From assembly GCA_003345545.1 (NCBI GenBank), contig PRDH01000037.1, forward strand, positions 1 through 64,000: DNA of 64,000 nt, given 5' to 3'. The position numbers were made by a program, and so were the translations under genes. Positions 47,760 through 58,067 of the stretch are shown piece after piece. The stretch comes from Candidatus Thorarchaeota archaeon. Lineage in GTDB: Archaea > Asgardarchaeota > Thorarchaeia > Thorarchaeales > Thorarchaeaceae. How positions within the stretch are numbered: position 1 is the stretch's first letter; the number at the start of each line of letters is the position of its first letter. The notes under the pieces were generated by a model. That model worked only from the letters and a program-made list of their open reading frames with translations. It did not search any database and was not told the origin of the DNA.

Positions 47760-49838
47760 TCATGACTGCTTTGATTTCCATATTACCACAGCCACAATAG
47801 CGATGATGCCAACTGCTCCGACTGCGACAAGAAGGGTCAGAGTATCAATCCCAGGGTTTACTGTACTTGTCGTTGTGGCAGGTATCACTGTCACTGTTGT
47901 TGAACTGAAGACGATATTCGCGGAAAAGTCCGAAAGGAACAAGGTATAGCTGTATGATCCTACCGAAAGGCCATCCACGTCCAAGCTAATATCTGAACCA
48001 TTCCAGAAATCTATCACAAATGCAGTGAGGTTATCCTCTCTGAATATCGAATATAGAAGTGGGTTATCATCAGAAACCTCCCAGACTATCACGTTTCCCG
48101 TTGTACCCTCAACATACGTCAAGTCTTCAGCACTATTCACAACCGGGGCTGGATTGGGTGGTCCATAGTAGAAGACTAGATTTCTTCTGATTCTGTACCA
48201 ATCGGTTCCATATGAATCGAAATAGAATGGTCCACTCGTACAGTCTGGTGTTATTGCGCTGCTCCAACTCGAGTATGGAGTACCACCATAGACATGGTAG
48301 GGAAGGATATAGTCATAGGCGAAATTCGAGAACTGCCAATATGATTCTGTGTCAAACTCCAGTACGACTGTGTATATTGATGTACTCTCTATAGATACCA
48401 AACTACCGAGGTCCGCTGCCGCTGGATTTCCGTAGGCATAACTCTCAAGCATGTATGTGAAAGTGAATTCAACATCCATTGCAGTGAGAGGCATTCCATC
48501 ATTCCACGTTGCATTCTGGATAATATCAATGGTATACTTTGAATGACCTACTGGCACAGCTGCGTTGTCATCATGGGTTTCAACCAGCATATTCTCTGCC
48601 AGGTCTGGCCGTGGTTTTAGATCAGGACCATATTTGTAAAGGGAAGAATAGAGGTTCTCCAGAACGGCTACTGAGTAGGCAGAGTTTGTGACATAGATGT
48701 TGAAGGTATCAGGTCGATCAGCTATGGCGACTGGGACAGTCCCTCCGTATGTTCCATCAAGTCTATGGATATTCGTCATGGTCCATGGACCAGTGATGTA
48801 TCTTCCAAGGTCCTCTACATGCCCAGTGAATTCATCAGTCCGGTATGCTTGCAGGTATGTGTCTTCGTAGACCACAAGCCTTGGAACGTTATAATGGAGG
48901 ACTCTCTGCATCCAGGCCGACGCATTGTAGACTTCATAGTAGGTCGTACTGTTGAGCAGCTGTTGTCTGCACGCGTCGAAAGTTGCATTTGCGAAGTTCG
49001 TCGGATTCCGATACGGTCGATTTGCGTAATCAGACCAGTACTCATTGGCAAGCCAGTCAACATCGTTGCTGTAGAAGTTTTGGACATAGAAGACCATGTC
49101 GTATTCACCGTGGGAGCCCAACCTTGAGATGCACTCGTAGAATTCAACAACTTTTGTTTCTGCGTGGATGTCGAGAGCTAAGAGCGCGTCAACGCCGATT
49201 TGGGCTATACCACCTGCAATCTCGACCGAAGAGGATGAGTACTCAATCTCGATTGTCGAGATTGTCTGATTCTTGTAGGTCCGCCAGCCATCTCCTCCAT
49301 ATGGGAAGAGTCCTGAGGCATTGAGTAGTTGATTACCGAGCGTCGCCTGAGCACTGTAGTAGTGAGGCATCAGCTCGTCCTCAATACACCAGCTGTTTAC
49401 AAAGGGCACAAGCGAGTCGTGTTCTTGGGACCAACCGCCCATGATATCTGTTGTGACCTTCTGCTTGTCAAACGCAAAAGCGAAGGCTCTTCTCAGAACA
49501 CTCTCGTTCAGAGGTGCATCACGACAGTTGATTGTGAGTTGACCATATCCATTTCTCAATGCTGTATAAACGTCAATGTCTGGATCTGCATTCAGTGTAT
49601 CATAATGGATTGGGTCGAAGACACTAGTGTCCATCTCAATCTCTCCAGCTAGCAGAGCAAGAATGCGTTGATCTTGACCTGAGATGACAGTGAAATCGAT
49701 AGCATCTACATACGGACCTGGACCCGACTCACTAGAGCCTAGGTTGTAAGCAGTGATGTCGCTAGCTCCATAGACTACAACAATTGAAAGGATGCAGACA
49801 ATCAAGCCTGCAATAGAATACCTAGCTTTCATCTCCAA
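47760..49838 (-). CDS. ABC transporter substrate-binding protein (family 5, peptide-type) with Ig-like domain and C-terminal TM anchor
   Basis: Signal/TM N-terminus; PLN..VLRRAFAFAFDK; PDLA; ATWNDGMPLTAMDVEFTF; GPF; Thr-rich linker and TM with basic tail. Confidence 0.88.
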   Translation of the reverse strand: MEMKARYSIAGLIVCILSIVVVYGASDITAYNLGSSESGPGPYVDAIDFTVISGQDQRILALLAGEIEMDTSVFDPIHYDTLNADPDIDVYTALRNGYGQLTINCRDAPLNESVLRRAFAFAFDKQKVTTDIMGGWSQEHDSLVPFVNSWCIEDELMPHYYSAQATLGNQLLNASGLFPYGGDGWRTYKNQTISTIEIEYSSSSVEIAGGIAQIGVDALLALDIHAETKVVEFYECISRLGSHGEYDMVFYVQNFYSNDVDWLANEYWSDYANRPYRNPTNFANATFDACRQQLLNSTTYYEVYNASAWMQRVLHYNVPRLVVYEDTYLQAYRTDEFTGHVEDLGRYITGPWTMTNIHRLDGTYGGTVPVAIADRPDTFNIYVTNSAYSVAVLENLYSSLYKYGPDLKPRPDLAENMLVETHDDNAAVPVGHSKYTIDIIQNATWNDGMPLTAMDVEFTFTYMLESYAYGNPAAADLGSLVSIESTSIYTVVLEFDTESYWQFSNFAYDYILPYHVYGGTPYSSWSSAITPDCTSGPFYFDSYGTDWYRIRRNLVFYYGPPNPAPVVNSAEDLTYVEGTTGNVIVWEVSDDNPLLYSIFREDNLTAFVIDFWNGSDISLDVDGLSVGSYSYTLFLSDFSANIVFSSTTVTVIPATTTSTVNPGIDTLTLLVAVGAVGIIAIVAVVIWKSKQS

Positions 49839-49988
49839 CCACTCGACTGTTGTTGATTACCCTGTCACAACCTTATTAGCCTTCTCTCTCCAATAACAGT
49901 CAATTCAGCCTTTGAAACCGAATCTGGTTTCCCTAACTCTTATTACCTACGCGCGACGCAGAAGAATCATATTTCGGAGGAAACAGCT

Positions 49989-50774
49989 GTGTCTGAACAG
50001 GAAGTGCTCTATGAAGTTGCAGATGGTGTGGCCGTTATAACGATCAATCGGCCCGCGAAATACAATGCGCTGAATTCGTCCATTGTATCTACAATGAAGA
50101 GATTATTCAAAAAAGCTGAAAGCGATAACGCAGTACGATGCATTATACTCACTGGTGCAGGAGAAAAGGCCTTCGCAGCAGGCGCAGACATTAACGAGTT
50201 TCAGGGGAGAGACTCGAAGACTATTAGACCGCTTACTGAGGGCGGACAGGAATTCTGTACGTACATAGAATCGATGAGCAAACCTGTCATCGCGGCCGTG
50301 AATGGATTCGCGCTTGGTGGCGGATGTGAGATTGCCATGTCATGTGATATCAGATACGCATCTGCCAATGCGAAGTTTGGCCAACCCGAGATAAATCTTG
50401 GAATCATTCCTGGTTTCGGTGGTACTGCGAGACTCTCGCGACTAGTGGGCCTTGGCATCGCTAAAGAGCTAATATATGGCGGAGAACAGATCAAGTGTGA
50501 TGAGGCTCTTAGGATTGGCCTTGTCAACAAGATGTTCGAGTCTGTCGAAGAACTTCGGAATGGCGCAATGCAACTTGCTCGAAAGCTCGCTGCGAAGCCG
50601 GGTGTTGCGTTGGCACTTGCGAAGCAGTCCCTCAATAATTCTTGGGAGATGCCTCTTAACAAGAACTTGAAATTCGAAGTTGATGTGTTCTGCAAGAGCT
50701 TTGATACAGAAGACAAGGATGAGGGTGTCAGTGCGTTCCTAGGTAAGCGAGAAGCCAAGTTCAAGCACAAATAG
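49989..50774 (+). CDS. Enoyl-CoA hydratase (crotonase)
   Basis: INRP.KYNALN, AFAAGADI, NGFALGGGCE, GQPEINLGIIPGFGGT. Confidence 0.95.
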   Translation: MSEQEVLYEVADGVAVITINRPAKYNALNSSIVSTMKRLFKKAESDNAVRCIILTGAGEKAFAAGADINEFQGRDSKTIRPLTEGGQEFCTYIESMSKPVIAAVNGFALGGGCEIAMSCDIRYASANAKFGQPEINLGIIPGFGGTARLSRLVGLGIAKELIYGGEQIKCDEALRIGLVNKMFESVEELRNGAMQLARKLAAKPGVALALAKQSLNNSWEMPLNKNLKFEVDVFCKSFDTEDKDEGVSAFLGKREAKFKHK

Positions 50775-50799
50775 ATGGGTGCACGGGACCCGAATCCCG

Positions 50800-51735
50800 T
50801 CACCTTCTCTCTATTTTGAGGTGTCCGTCCTCCTCGATTATCTTCCCCTTCTTCTTGAGGAGCTCAACATGCTTCTCAAGCATGAACATCTCGAAAGCAC
50901 GATAGAGCTCCATCGGGATTCGCCGATAGATGGTTGGTTTGAGAGACATCTTCTCGATTGTATCGACTCCGCTCGCGATATTGTCGAGCACACGCCTCTC
51001 TCTCTCGCCGAAGACTCTCATGAACGCCCGCAGCCTCATATCGAGGTCCTCAGTGACGGGATCAATGAGGTGGCTGCTTATTCCTGTCCTTGGATTCATC
51101 TCAATCACCCGCTCCATGGACCTCCTGAAATCCTCAATATCACTCACCTCATTTCCATACCATGGTCCAAAGCTTGTCAAATCGATGTCGACTAGAAGAA
51201 TAGTTTCGTAGCCATTGATGCCAAAACAGGTGTGGTCTAATGTATGACCCGGCAGATGAATCGGAAAAAGGTCAGTCTGGCCACAGCTGATGGGTTTCCC
51301 ATCCTCGAAGGTGCCAGTGACATTATAATCCCCCAAGACATGTCCAAAACTCGTGTTGATGAACACTCTCCAGACATCGTATTGCCTGCGCCCCTCCATT
51401 CCATAGTAGTCGACCATTCCCTGGAAGGTCCGAACACCCTTCTCGGCGAGTGGATGACATATCATTTCACAATCCGCAGCTCTTTGAATGATTGCGGCAT
51501 AGCCCTTGTGGTCGATATGGAAGTGTGTCAGGATAATCCTCTCAATATCTGAGAGTTCATGGCCGAGGTCTCTCAATGTCCGTGTTATGTTCTCCATGCT
51601 TGTGCCTGCATCCACAAGCGTCAGAATCTCATCATCAATCAGGAGTGTATTTGCCTCAGGAAAACCAGCTCCATTCTTTCCTCTCACAAGGTGTACCTTT
51701 GGCAAGACCTCGATGTGTATTGGATACTCGGACAT
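50800..51735 (-). CDS. Metallo-beta-lactamase-fold hydrolase
   Basis: THFHIDH, PGHTLDH, D, SSH. Confidence 0.88.
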   Translation of the reverse strand: MSEYPIHIEVLPKVHLVRGKNGAGFPEANTLLIDDEILTLVDAGTSMENITRTLRDLGHELSDIERIILTHFHIDHKGYAAIIQRAADCEMICHPLAEKGVRTFQGMVDYYGMEGRRQYDVWRVFINTSFGHVLGDYNVTGTFEDGKPISCGQTDLFPIHLPGHTLDHTCFGINGYETILLVDIDLTSFGPWYGNEVSDIEDFRRSMERVIEMNPRTGISSHLIDPVTEDLDMRLRAFMRVFGERERRVLDNIASGVDTIEKMSLKPTIYRRIPMELYRAFEMFMLEKHVELLKKKGKIIEEDGHLKIERR

Positions 51736-51823
51736 TGCTGTTCAATCTATTCTTGTCCTAAATAACTCTCACTGTCGCACAATCTATATTGCACGGTGTC
51801 GCTCTATTCTCAGTCATATGTAG

Positions 51824-53290
51824 GTGAGTTTGATGAGTCAGCGTTTGTTTGCGGTGTTTGATATTGGTACCACGGGAACACGGTCGGTGATAATCGATGA
51901 AGAGGGTCGTGAACTCAGCAAGGCGTACGAGGAATATCCCAGCAAGCCTGCTGAGCTCAAGACGCACGAGCAGCTTGCAGACACCTTTTGGCGGACCTCT
52001 GCAAATACCATGCAGCGTGCCCTGTCGGCATGCAAGTACGGTGCTGAGGCGATAGTCGGTGTTGTCGTGACTACGACAAGAGATAGTATCACTCCGATTG
52101 ATTCCAAGGGTAATCCCCTGGCCCCTACGATCACTTGGGTTGATAATCGCTCCAGCAAGAGGAGCAAGGAACTTGCTGATATAATCGGACCACGGAAGAG
52201 CGTCAACAAGATGATGTGGTTCATCGAGAACAGACCCGAATTCTTCAAGAAGGTACACAAGTGGGCACCATTGGATGCTCTCATAAACAGTCGATTATGC
52301 GGCGTTCTGGCCAGCTCTCCTGCGGATGCGCGCTTTGGACCAATTGATCACGAAACACTTCAATGGTCTGAAGAAATATGTGAATCCACTGGCATTCCAG
52401 TTGACAAGCTTGTACGAATCGTGAACTCCGGGACAACCATCGGGGAGATATCACCTGCAGCTGCCAAGACCACTGGTCTGAGAAAGGGCACTCCGGTTAT
52501 CATGGGAAGTGGCGATCAACAATGCTCAGCCCTAGGAATGGGTGTCATTGAGCCAGGAGTCGTGAAGGCAACAACAGGTACCGGAACGTTCGTAATCACT
52601 CACCTTGATGAGTTCATGGAAAACCCCTTTGTCATGTTCTGCAATCCCTCTGCGATGCCGGGCAAATGGATTCTAGAGGGCGTTATACCGGGAACAGGAC
52701 TCACCTACAAGTGGTACAGAGACCAGTACTGTGAAACTGAGATGGCATTGGCGGCTCGAACAGAGAAGGATGCCTATCAGGTAATTGAAGCCTCAGCGGC
52801 TTCAGTCCCTGCGGGCAGTGATGGTCTTGTAGTATTTCCATTCATGGCATACGGCCTTGGAATCATCTATCATCTAAGTTTCCGTCATACTAAGGCTCAT
52901 GTAGCACGAGCAATACTCGAGGCGAATGGCTACGGAATCAAGATGTACATCGAGATGATGGAGGGTATGCTGGATGCCAAGTTTGACGAGCTTCGCATCG
53001 ATGGCGGCGGGGCCAACTCACCTCTGTGGCGACAGATCCAGGCTGACTGCTCTGAGAAACCTGTTGTTCTTCCGCGGATCAGAGATTCAACAGTCAATGG
53101 TGCTGCAATGCTTGGCACAGTTGGGACAGGTATCTACGGCTCCTACAAAGAGGCTGTAGAGAATATGTTCCACGTCGAAGAACGCCGGGAACCCATTCCT
53201 GAGAATGTCGCCATCTACAGGAAACAGTACCAAATCTTCAACAAACTCCTGAATTCGGAATTGGGCAATATACTGGAATCAATCTCGTAG
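51824..53290 (+). CDS. FGGY-family carbohydrate kinase (glycerol/xylulose kinase-like)
   Basis: DIGTTGTR, ITW.D.R, GDQQCSALG, TTGTG, DGGGANS.LW.QIQAD. Confidence 0.92.
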   Translation: MSLMSQRLFAVFDIGTTGTRSVIIDEEGRELSKAYEEYPSKPAELKTHEQLADTFWRTSANTMQRALSACKYGAEAIVGVVVTTTRDSITPIDSKGNPLAPTITWVDNRSSKRSKELADIIGPRKSVNKMMWFIENRPEFFKKVHKWAPLDALINSRLCGVLASSPADARFGPIDHETLQWSEEICESTGIPVDKLVRIVNSGTTIGEISPAAAKTTGLRKGTPVIMGSGDQQCSALGMGVIEPGVVKATTGTGTFVITHLDEFMENPFVMFCNPSAMPGKWILEGVIPGTGLTYKWYRDQYCETEMALAARTEKDAYQVIEASAASVPAGSDGLVVFPFMAYGLGIIYHLSFRHTKAHVARAILEANGYGIKMYIEMMEGMLDAKFDELRIDGGGANSPLWRQIQADCSEKPVVLPRIRDSTVNGAAMLGTVGTGIYGSYKEAVENMFHVEERREPIPENVAIYRKQYQIFNKLLNSELGNILESIS

Positions 53291-53354
53291 AAGAAACGAA
53301 ACGTCGGAGGCAGATGCTGTGTAGACTCATGTGGACCCTGAGCCGAAGAGGTGT

Positions 53355-53606
53355 CTACTCCTTGTCTTCGTCCTGATTGTCTTCCCAGATTCTGCCGAAG
53401 AACACCAAGGCCAGAACAAGCTCGGAACCCTTTGCATTCTGAACCAGATACTCGATCGATTCACTAATAGTGTCCTCCTGTTCCCATGCATGGCGGGCGA
53501 GGTCGACAAGATCGTCGAATCTCTCGTCAGGAATTTCGAGTGCTTGGGTAATCTTCTCGGTATCATGACCTCTTACATTGAGAGTACCAAGATCATATTC
53601 TGGCAT
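53355..53606 (-). CDS. Small acidic hypothetical protein
   Basis: Protein-like ORF MPEYDLG...GRIWEDNQDEDKE in gap. Confidence 0.65.
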   Translation of the reverse strand: MPEYDLGTLNVRGHDTEKITQALEIPDERFDDLVDLARHAWEQEDTISESIEYLVQNAKGSELVLALVFFGRIWEDNQDEDKE

Positions 53607-53791
53607 CTTCATGCACACCTTAACAGCCAGCATGGGCCCGGTCCTTTTAACCTATCTGCGGCTGGAATTCCGCAAATCTACACTAATGAGTGCAATCGAA
53701 ACCCTTGTATTGTGCGTAGAAGACTCCCCTAATTAGGCAAAGATTCTATCTGTGAAAGTTCCATAACCGAAATCCTCGGGGATTCTATTCT

Positions 53792-55456
53792 ATGACTGAT
53801 ACCCAGTTCGATGTTGTCGTGATCGGCGGAGGAAGTACAGGAACAGCTGTGGCCCGTGATTGTGCCATGAGAGGTCTACGGACTCTCTTGTTGGAACGTG
53901 ATGATATTGCATCGGCCACCGTAGGTACATGCGCAGGAATGATCTCATCTGGTCTAAAGTACAGTGACGAACCTGATATCATGGCTATGTGCTCAAAGGA
54001 AGTTGTGCACTTCAGTCATATCGCTCGCCATATCATCTCCAAGAATCCGATTATTGCACCGCTCTTGGACTTAAGTGATGCCGCCAGTGATAGTTCATAT
54101 GTTGACTCATACTCTGCACATGCTGAAGAACGCGCAGTACCTTCAATGCTGTTTTTGACACCTGAGGCCTCACGTGAGATTGAGCCAATGCTCCATCCTG
54201 ATGTCATTGCCAGCGTGTACTATGAGGAATTCTTCATAGATCCCTTCCGTCTGTGCATGCTTCAGGCGCTAGATGCTATCAAGCATGGCGCAAAGATAAG
54301 GACATACTGCGAGGTCATTGATTTTGCCATCAATCACAACAAGGAGCTCGAGGGCGTTGTCTTCTACAATAGAGTATCCGGCTGTACTGAGAAGGTGAGG
54401 ACCAAATTCGTCATCAACGCTACCGGCCCTTGGGCACACAAGGTGGCTAGCGCAGCCGGTGAGAAACTAGACATTCGCCTCAACAAGGGCGCTCATGTCA
54501 TACTAGACAGAAGAGTGGTCAATGTTGGGGTCACTGTAAAGGCGATTGATGGAAGATGGGTGTATCTCTTTCCCCACGAGAATACTACGCTTCTAGGAAC
54601 AACCGCGTTGGATACGTGGGAGGATCCGGATTCGCTCGTTGCTTCATTTGACGAAATCGAATACCTTCTTCAGAGCATCGAAACTGTGCTACCATCCATT
54701 CGTGAGGCTCGCATTATTAGAACAATGGAAGGTGTCAGACCTTTGGTTCCTGAATGGAAGAAACCTGAGGGAATGGTGACTCGCGGCTACCAAGTCATAG
54801 ATCATGGCGCGAATGATGGTACAAAGGGACTGATTAGCTTCACAGGAGGAAAGCTGGTCATGTGCAGGCATATGGCTGAAACTGTCACAGACATTGTCTG
54901 CAAGAAGCTTGGCAAGACTGCGACCTGCACGACCCATGAACGACCTCTTCCGGGAAATGAGGTCGACATAGATATTGTCGGGCTCTCGAGAGAATACGGC
55001 ATTGCCCTTCATGCTTTGGAACGTATGCGCGCGCGTCGGGGAGCTGATATGATGAAAGTTTTGGAGCTCACAAGAGAGCATCCCGAGTGGAAGACCACAG
55101 TATGCACGTGCGAGCCGGTCATTGAGGCAGAAGTACGCTACACAATACGAGAGGAATATCCGCAGACGCTGAACGACCTCCGACGCAGACTTCGTCTGGG
55201 AACTGGTCCATGTCAAGGGACATCTTGCACCTACAAAGCTGCAGCAATCCTTTGTGAAGAGCTCAATCTGGGTGGCGATGACTTTCTTGTTGATATTCTA
55301 GATTTCAGAGCAGAACGGTGGAAAGGAATTCGGCAGTCTCTTCGGGGCGAGCAACTGGCTCAGGATGAACTCACGCAGGGAATGTATGCATGCGTGGGAA
55401 ACCTCGACCAGTCTGATGTAGACTATGATGTCAAACCCTGGGAGGAGGGATGCTGA
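53792..55456 (+). CDS. glpA: Anaerobic glycerol-3-phosphate dehydrogenase subunit A
   Basis: IGGGSTG..VARD..MRGL, INATGPW, GVRPL, GGKL, C-terminal CTCE...GPCQG.SC 2Fe-2S. Confidence 0.88.
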   Translation: MTDTQFDVVVIGGGSTGTAVARDCAMRGLRTLLLERDDIASATVGTCAGMISSGLKYSDEPDIMAMCSKEVVHFSHIARHIISKNPIIAPLLDLSDAASDSSYVDSYSAHAEERAVPSMLFLTPEASREIEPMLHPDVIASVYYEEFFIDPFRLCMLQALDAIKHGAKIRTYCEVIDFAINHNKELEGVVFYNRVSGCTEKVRTKFVINATGPWAHKVASAAGEKLDIRLNKGAHVILDRRVVNVGVTVKAIDGRWVYLFPHENTTLLGTTALDTWEDPDSLVASFDEIEYLLQSIETVLPSIREARIIRTMEGVRPLVPEWKKPEGMVTRGYQVIDHGANDGTKGLISFTGGKLVMCRHMAETVTDIVCKKLGKTATCTTHERPLPGNEVDIDIVGLSREYGIALHALERMRARRGADMMKVLELTREHPEWKTTVCTCEPVIEAEVRYTIREEYPQTLNDLRRRLRLGTGPCQGTSCTYKAAAILCEELNLGGDDFLVDILDFRAERWKGIRQSLRGEQLAQDELTQGMYACVGNLDQSDVDYDVKPWEEGC

Positions 55457-56839
55457 GTGAATCTCAAGGCTGATCTTCTTGTCATTGGTGGAGGCATGGC
55501 AGGGCTTGTTGCAGGCACAGTAGCTTCTGAATCTGGTCTGACTACTCTTCTTCTCAGAAAGGGTCAAAGCGCCACAGCAAACTCCTCGGGTGCGATAGAC
55601 GTCATCGGATATGTTCCCGATGTCCTGGAGCCCTTTTCGAGCCCTGAAGAAGGACTGTTAGCGATTGTGGCTCTATATCCTCTTCACCCATATGCAATTG
55701 TTGGCTATGGCGATGATGTTACATCAGAAGAAACAAGCGCAGCGATTATTGGGAGAGTGCGGGAAGCTATCATGTGGCTGAAGGAGCATCTTGGGGGTAC
55801 AATTGCTTCAGTTACAGGCGAGTTTGATACCAACATGCATCTCATCACTATCATTGGGACCACAAAGCCCACTTGTCTTGCACAGATGACGATGTGCCCC
55901 GGTGACCTTGAGGATCGGGAGGATAGCGTTCTTCTCTTTGCGGGTATCACCGGCTGTTCTGAATTCAATCCATCTGCAGCTGCGAAGACCTACATTGAGG
56001 ACCGAATGGCTCTCGATGGACCTCCTCACAAGGTCGGCCATTGCATGTTTCAGGTCACCCCCTTTGGCAAGTCTTTCAACATCTCATCGATTGAGATTGC
56101 TCGGCATCTTGATCGTGAAGGTTCGATAGAGGCCCTTGCAGAACAACTCAAGGTACAAGTGAAACGAATTGGTGCGACACATGTTGCCTTGCCGCCTGTG
56201 CTGGGCATTCGCAATGCAATTGCTAACAAGTCAAAGTTGGAGAAGCTGATAGGAGCCACTGTCTTCGAACTACTGGGTTTTCCGCCATCTGTCCCCGGTC
56301 TGCGACTTCAACAGGCGCTTGAAGGCGTTTTTATTAAAGCTGGAGGCAAGATGCTTGTAGGTCATGAGGCGATTTCCCACGTCAGAACAAAGCAACGCGT
56401 CGCTGCGGTCATTGCACGCGGCCCACTTCGCGAAATAAGGGTAGATGCAAAGGCCATAATCCTAGCAACTGGGAAATACATCGGAGGTGGGATTGCCGGT
56501 GATGAGAAGGGACTCCGCGAAACCGTATTTGACATCATGACTGTCACAGACGACTATCACTCATCACGAGATATCGTGCCCTCTCGTTCAACCAATCGTC
56601 TATCAATCAATCCCACTGGACAGCCGATTCAAGCCTGCGGAGTGGGCATCGACTCACAATTCAGACCAGTCCGAGAAGACGGACTAGAATGGGCAGAAAA
56701 CCTCTTTGCAGCTGGCGCTGTTCTTGCTGGCTACAATTATTCTGTGGAGAAGAGTGGGCTGGGTGTTGCCTTGACAAGTGGCTATAGCGCAGCTAAGAAC
56801 GCTATAGACTTCCTGAGGGAGGTGAAACAGGTTGAATGA
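55457..56839 (+). CDS. glpB: Anaerobic glycerol-3-phosphate dehydrogenase subunit B
   Basis: IGGGMAG, GQSA...SSG.ID, PPSVPGLRL, LATG...GGG, G.GVA..SG. Confidence 0.88.
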   Translation: MNLKADLLVIGGGMAGLVAGTVASESGLTTLLLRKGQSATANSSGAIDVIGYVPDVLEPFSSPEEGLLAIVALYPLHPYAIVGYGDDVTSEETSAAIIGRVREAIMWLKEHLGGTIASVTGEFDTNMHLITIIGTTKPTCLAQMTMCPGDLEDREDSVLLFAGITGCSEFNPSAAAKTYIEDRMALDGPPHKVGHCMFQVTPFGKSFNISSIEIARHLDREGSIEALAEQLKVQVKRIGATHVALPPVLGIRNAIANKSKLEKLIGATVFELLGFPPSVPGLRLQQALEGVFIKAGGKMLVGHEAISHVRTKQRVAAVIARGPLREIRVDAKAIILATGKYIGGGIAGDEKGLRETVFDIMTVTDDYHSSRDIVPSRSTNRLSINPTGQPIQACGVGIDSQFRPVREDGLEWAENLFAAGAVLAGYNYSVEKSGLGVALTSGYSAAKNAIDFLREVKQVE

Positions 56840-58067
56840 GGATGAGGCCTATGAATATGTGAAGAACACACTGAGGAAGGAAAAGATAACTCCCTTTCGT
56901 CCTGATGAGATAGAGATTGTGAAATCTGTTAGTTCCTGCATCAACTGCGGGCTATGCACGAATCATTGCCCAGTGGTTGCAGCTGTGGGCGTTGACCGTT
57001 TCAGTGGTCCCCGAAGTATTGCCGTGGAACTATCTCGTTCTCCTCCTGAATACTGGTCCGCCGCGGATAAGGTGTACTTATGCACCGAATGTGGAACATG
57101 TCGCGAGGTCTGTCCCAAGAATGTTGACATTCCTGAAATCGTCAACATGATCCGTGCAAGAATCTTCGAACATCGACCAGACCTCGTGCCAAAAGCCTTC
57201 ATGTCGGTGAGAGAAATCATTGCAGAACACAGTCTTGCATTTGAGCCTTGGGCGAATAGAGAAGAGAAGGAAGAGAGTCGAGATATGCGACTTGAGCATC
57301 TGGGACTCCCTCATGTGCCTGACAGAACAGAGGAGAATGCAGATGTGCTGTTCTTTCCTGGTTGTCAGGCTGAAGAACGAGCGCAGGAGGTCCGTGAAGC
57401 TGCGAAGGTGATTCTTGACTTCTTTGATGTTGACTTCACACTTCTTAACGAGTTCTCGTGCTGCAGCCTTCCGTCGCATTTGATGGGGGACGAAGTGACA
57501 GCGAGGGCATTAGCTGAGAAACTGAAGCAGAAGATTAAGAGACTGGGTGTGAAGAAGGTTGTGACAACATGTGCTGGCTGTACATCAAACTTGGCCAATC
57601 TTGCTGAACGAGATGGCTGGGGGATTCCAGTGTATCACATGCTTGAGTTTCTCGCTGAGGAAATTGGATACAAGGCAATATCTAGAGCTCTGAGAAAGGC
57701 TCGGACCTTCGAAGCTGTTCATGTATCCGTTCATGATCCCTGCCACCTCATTCGCTATACGTCGCGGCAGATAATGGACTATGCATCGGAAATCCTTGCT
57801 GTCATTCCCGGGGTGAAGGTCACCACCTCCGAGGCACATGACTCGTGTTGTGGCGGTGGTGGTATGGTATCTTATCACTCTGATGACGTGGCAAATGCGG
57901 TAGTACAGGAGAACCTCATCGCCTTGGCGGCTACTGGGGCGGAACGTCTGGTGACACCATGTCCTCTCTGCACCGCACAATTAGAGAACAGTCTGTTCAA
58001 GAACGGAAGTCCCATTGAAGTGGAGGATCTCACTGTCTTCATAGCTCGGAGGCTCCCCAAGGAGTGA
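56832..58067 (+). CDS. glpC: GlpC-like Fe-S subunit (2x4Fe-4S + CCG domains)
   Basis: CINCGLC..HCP, CTECGTC..VCP, FPGC, CCS, HDPCH, CCGGGG, CPLC. Confidence 0.78.
   Translation: MNEDEAYEYVKNTLRKEKITPFRPDEIEIVKSVSSCINCGLCTNHCPVVAAVGVDRFSGPRSIAVELSRSPPEYWSAADKVYLCTECGTCREVCPKNVDIPEIVNMIRARIFEHRPDLVPKAFMSVREIIAEHSLAFEPWANREEKEESRDMRLEHLGLPHVPDRTEENADVLFFPGCQAEERAQEVREAAKVILDFFDVDFTLLNEFSCCSLPSHLMGDEVTARALAEKLKQKIKRLGVKKVVTTCAGCTSNLANLAERDGWGIPVYHMLEFLAEEIGYKAISRALRKARTFEAVHVSVHDPCHLIRYTSRQIMDYASEILAVIPGVKVTTSEAHDSCCGGGGMVSYHSDDVANAVVQENLIALAATGAERLVTPCPLCTAQLENSLFKNGSPIEVEDLTVFIARRLPKE

Noticed and set aside
50201-50803. 200-aa antisense ORF
   Set aside because: Shadow of the crotonase; Ser/Ala/Pro-rich antisense composition
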